Of a stretch of 64,000 nucleotides of DNA, positions 60,741 through 64,000 are shown piece by piece. Both the position numbers and the translations under genes were made by a program. Source of the stretch: Albugo candida. Lineage: Eukaryota. The stretch is taken from contig JBDOQK010000001.1 in assembly GCA_040437565.1 (NCBI GenBank), forward strand, positions 806,001 through 870,000. The letters run 5' to 3'. Positions within the stretch are counted from its first letter, which is position 1. Each line of letters starts with the position of its first letter. The notes under the pieces were generated by a model. That model made no database searches, was not told the origin of the DNA, and was given only the letters and a program-made list of their open reading frames with translations.

Positions 60741-61715
60741 TCATTCAGAAAGCGCTATCGCCACGGCTTCCGCATTGCCGTTGTGTGTTTGCAGAAGGCG
60801 GCAAACGTCATCGACGTTGGCTTCAGGTAGCACATTACGGATCAGGGCAATTTGTTGACGCCATCTTCTACGCAATTGGTTACGCGCCATGGCGTCCGGA
60901 GATAAATTTTGTGATTTCTCCTTAGTTCCTTCATCGTCAGATTCAGCATCTGTATCGGCATCAGAAGTGGCTTCATCACTCGCACTTGTAGCAGCTTGCG
61001 TACTTTGCGCTGATGTAGCGGCAACCTCGTCTTTTTCTTTTTTGATATCTAGTTGATCCGAGTTTTTCATGAGTTGATTGTCCTGCGTGTTTTGCTCATT
61101 GGTTTGGGAAGCGTTTTTTGTATTGAAGACGGGATACTTTTTCAAAATTGGATCGCCAAGCTTATCATTCCATTGATCAAAGGAGTCGGTCGAGTCCATA
61201 GAATCACGTGAACTGAATCGTGAACGCTGTTCACGAACATATTGATGCACGCGACTGATTCGACTACCGATCTCTTGTCTCGTTTTCTGCATCATACTTT
61301 TCGTAAGCGAGGCGGATGACACAAACGTCTCGCGTCCGACTTCAGCACAGCGCGATGTTGAAGAGAGTGTGATTTCTTTAGCGGTGATCGCTAGTTTTGA
61401 CATACTGCATGATAATTCTTCGAGATGATCTCTCAGCGTCAGTCGCGATACGATGAAGAGGCAAAAACCATCCTTCTGCATGTCCTCCGTCATTTCAGAT
61501 GCAACATGACACGCTTCAGTCAGTTCTGCATCATTGGAAATTGTGATCGCTTCCTGCTCATCATCTCTGTACAAAACCGCCCAAGATCGTGGTCGCTCGG
61601 GAAAAAGGTCTTCAATACGTTCTCTGAGCCAAGCGAATGACACTTCTTCGCATTTAGGCGGAGCAATGCGGTTCGAAATGTCATTATAACGAACAAGGAA
61701 ATGCATCGAGTTCAT
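60741..61715 (-). CDS. PB1-domain protein with C-terminal CUE/UBA-like domain (p62/NBR1-like architecture)
   Basis: PB1 OPCA motif YRDDEQEAITISNDAEL and a C-terminal three-helix segment IRNVLPEANVDDVCRLLQTHNGNAEAVAIAL. Confidence 0.75.
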   Translation of the reverse strand: MNSMHFLVRYNDISNRIAPPKCEEVSFAWLRERIEDLFPERPRSWAVLYRDDEQEAITISNDAELTEACHVASEMTEDMQKDGFCLFIVSRLTLRDHLEELSCSMSKLAITAKEITLSSTSRCAEVGRETFVSSASLTKSMMQKTRQEIGSRISRVHQYVREQRSRFSSRDSMDSTDSFDQWNDKLGDPILKKYPVFNTKNASQTNEQNTQDNQLMKNSDQLDIKKEKDEVAATSAQSTQAATSASDEATSDADTDAESDDEGTKEKSQNLSPDAMARNQLRRRWRQQIALIRNVLPEANVDDVCRLLQTHNGNAEAVAIALSE

Positions 61716-62341
61716 AAATCACAAATTTATACTGCGTGACCAATAGATAGATAGTCGCAAATTGATAAATGATGAAATGTATTGCGTACGAGGTCGAAGG
61801 GGGTGTATTTGGAACACGAATCCCCTTCCCAGCCCCTCCATTTTCATGTCATCGTAACATGTGCATCCTTTTTTTCTAGGTCATATTCACTCTGTCAATT
61901 TATACATGTCACATTTTACTTCCAGTGATGTAGCTCTCTGGTTCTCAAGTACTCGTATAAACTAGTACTCATCGAGGGCAGAATTCATGGAATACAATTC
62001 CAGCTGGCTTACTGTTGCATCGTACCCGAGTACCCTCCTAGCACGTGCACATATGGTGCATTCTATGTCATTTGCGTTGGAAAAAATCGGCTGCTTTCTG
62101 TCGTCAGGCATGATTCTTTAAGCAAAAACTGTGTCTCCGGAGGATGTAAATAGCATAAATGCTCTCCATGAACACGCCTATAATAGTAGCACCTCGACTT
62201 TCTCATCTGTCGTAACAGAATCAGAAGTCTTATTACGCCTTTGAATAAATAGATTCACGCAGTCAGTTATACGTGTATTTATATATTTCTTCGATTTTTG
62301 GACGAATCTAGGTTGATAAAGGCTCGGGCGAGCACGGCACA

Positions 62342-63608
62342 ATGGAAGGGTATTTGATTCGATTACCCTCTCAGCTGAATGTGAATAAGTTCTGGAGATA
62401 CGCGTCGCTTGATGTTGACGATATTATGAAATTTACAGGTGAATCCAAGAAGGATTTTTCAAAACCGCAGCTTCTTTATTACGTACTCGAGGAAGGGTAC
62501 TTACAAGCTTATACATCCCATCAAACAGCTCATCGTCGTGACAAAGAGTATCTTGTCGAAAATATCGTATTAACGGCTCACGATATCGAAGTCGAGAGAA
62601 TGGAGGATTGGAATGTTATTTATTTGCNNNNNNNNNNNNNNNNNNNNNNNNNNNNNNNNNNNNNNNNNNNNNNNNNNNNNNNNNNNNNNNNNNNNNNNNN
62701 NNNNNNNNNNNNNNNNNNNNNNNNNNNTACCCTCTCAGCTGAATGTGAATAAGTTCTGGAGATACGCGTCGCTTGATGTTGACGATATTATGAAATTTAC
62801 AGGTGAATCCAAGAAGGATTTTTCAAAACCGCAGCTTCTTTATTACGTACTCGAGGAAGGGTACTTACAAGCTTATACATCCCATCAAACAGCTCATCGT
62901 CGTGACAAAGAGTATCTTGTCGAAAATATCGTATTAACGGCTCACGATATCGAAGTCGAGAGAATGGAGGATTGGAATGTTATTTATTTGCGTACTTTAG
63001 CTACAACGTCGGGACTTGACACTAAAACCAACAAGACTGAAACAAAACCTGCTGTGATCGATGATGAAGAGATGGTGAGATGCTCAGGGCGGCTACAGCG
63101 TAACACACAGTGTAGCGTAGAAGACGATGCAAGCGATGTCGACGAAAATGATCATGGAAGTGATCCCATGTACTGCTTCTGTTTCCATTTGCCGTTTTCT
63201 CGAAAATCGTTGAATTCCTATCGTGTAAGTATACCTACTTCTCAGCCAGATGATTCGAAGCAGCTCTGGCTATACGCTGCCCAGCAGGATCTCATGAATA
63301 AGTGGGTTTTAAGAATACTCAATTGGAATCGTTACGTGTTCGATTTCCTGACAGTCGATCGTAAGGAAAGCACAAGCTTGGATGGATATCATGACGCTCA
63401 GATCCATTTACTGCATTCTCTTGTACAACAGGCGACCAAATATAACACTCGCCGCAAGTATAACCGGAGGTGGCCACGGAAAAGTGGGTTCATGGCAAGC
63501 GCAACCAGTTTTCTATCCTGTCGTGAACACCCTACAACAACGTTTTGCAATGTGACAGGGTCTACGGATTCCGAGTCAAATTTGAACGAGGATTCCAGCT
63601 CGTTATAA
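62342..63608 (+). CDS. PH-domain protein; 62364-62627 is duplicated at 62728-62991 by a gap artefact
   Basis: MEGYLIR...LLYYVLEEGYLQAY and LWLYAAQQDLMNKWVLRI form a PH domain split by insertions. Confidence 0.7.
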
Positions 63609-64000
63609 TTTCTCCGACAGACCCAATTTACAGTCATAAATACTCGGATGTGTACTTCCTGCATGCAATCTTAGAAAAGTATGTATTCCAACAGATTACA
63701 AAAATGCCAAGGCACTCGGCTCCTGTATCAGCTTCTTCATTATGATATGATGAGAGAAAGCGCGGTGAGGACATGTCAAAATCGAACACGCGGTGCTCTT
63801 CAAGAATACTTGATTTTTTGGTAAATTTGGCTGAGCGTTCTCTACTATGGAAACGACAAGAAATTAGCCTTTATTTATGCTCTACTAGTAGCACATTTCA
63901 GCCTAAAAATCAGCGATAGCAATTTAGCGATTTTCGTTCACGATGTTTTGCCGGAATGTACCAAGCTGAAATTGCACCGTTGGTCAAGATATTGCAGAGC

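Noticed and set aside
61796-61828. GAAGGGG...CCCCTTC hairpin upstream of the PB1 gene
   Set aside because: A 7-bp stem can arise by chance, and there is no other support.
1-64000. CRISPR arrays, rRNA, prokaryotic operons or defence systems
   Set aside because: No spaced short repeats or rRNA-like sequence were seen. Spliceosomal introns show the DNA is eukaryotic, and the many short antisense ORFs in the track are shadows of real genes.

Overview
Gene-dense eukaryotic scaffold with short GT-AG introns (about 50-65 nt where resolved) and very short intergenic spacers. The gene content points to an oomycete: Crinkler (CRN) effectors, an elicitin-like protein, flagellar/basal-body genes and CHXC-like relics. 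An Albugo-type compact genome is the best fit, but that is inference. Bases 1-27.5 kb are mostly intact housekeeping genes: two MscS channels, purple acid phosphatase, Aladin, p24, DNAJC17, CEP20/FOPNL, CFAP299, a PX-RING ligase, OST4, a mitochondrial carrier, RPS29, two beta-carbonic anhydrases and a PH-DEP-Exo84 gene. Bases 27.5-57.5 kb are accessory-like. They hold decayed OSCA, GT2, ankyrin and CorA genes, a TIR-bounded Mutator (MULE) element and two CRN genes. The CRN genes and their 3' flanks form a diverged inverted duplication bracketing about 18 kb. The window ends with a CEP164-type WW domain fused to a kinesin-14 motor, a PB1-CUE/UBA protein and a PH protein. Twelve 100-N gaps occur, and most are flanked by exact direct repeats that are assembly overlap artefacts. 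All family calls come from motif recognition by eye, with no database searches.
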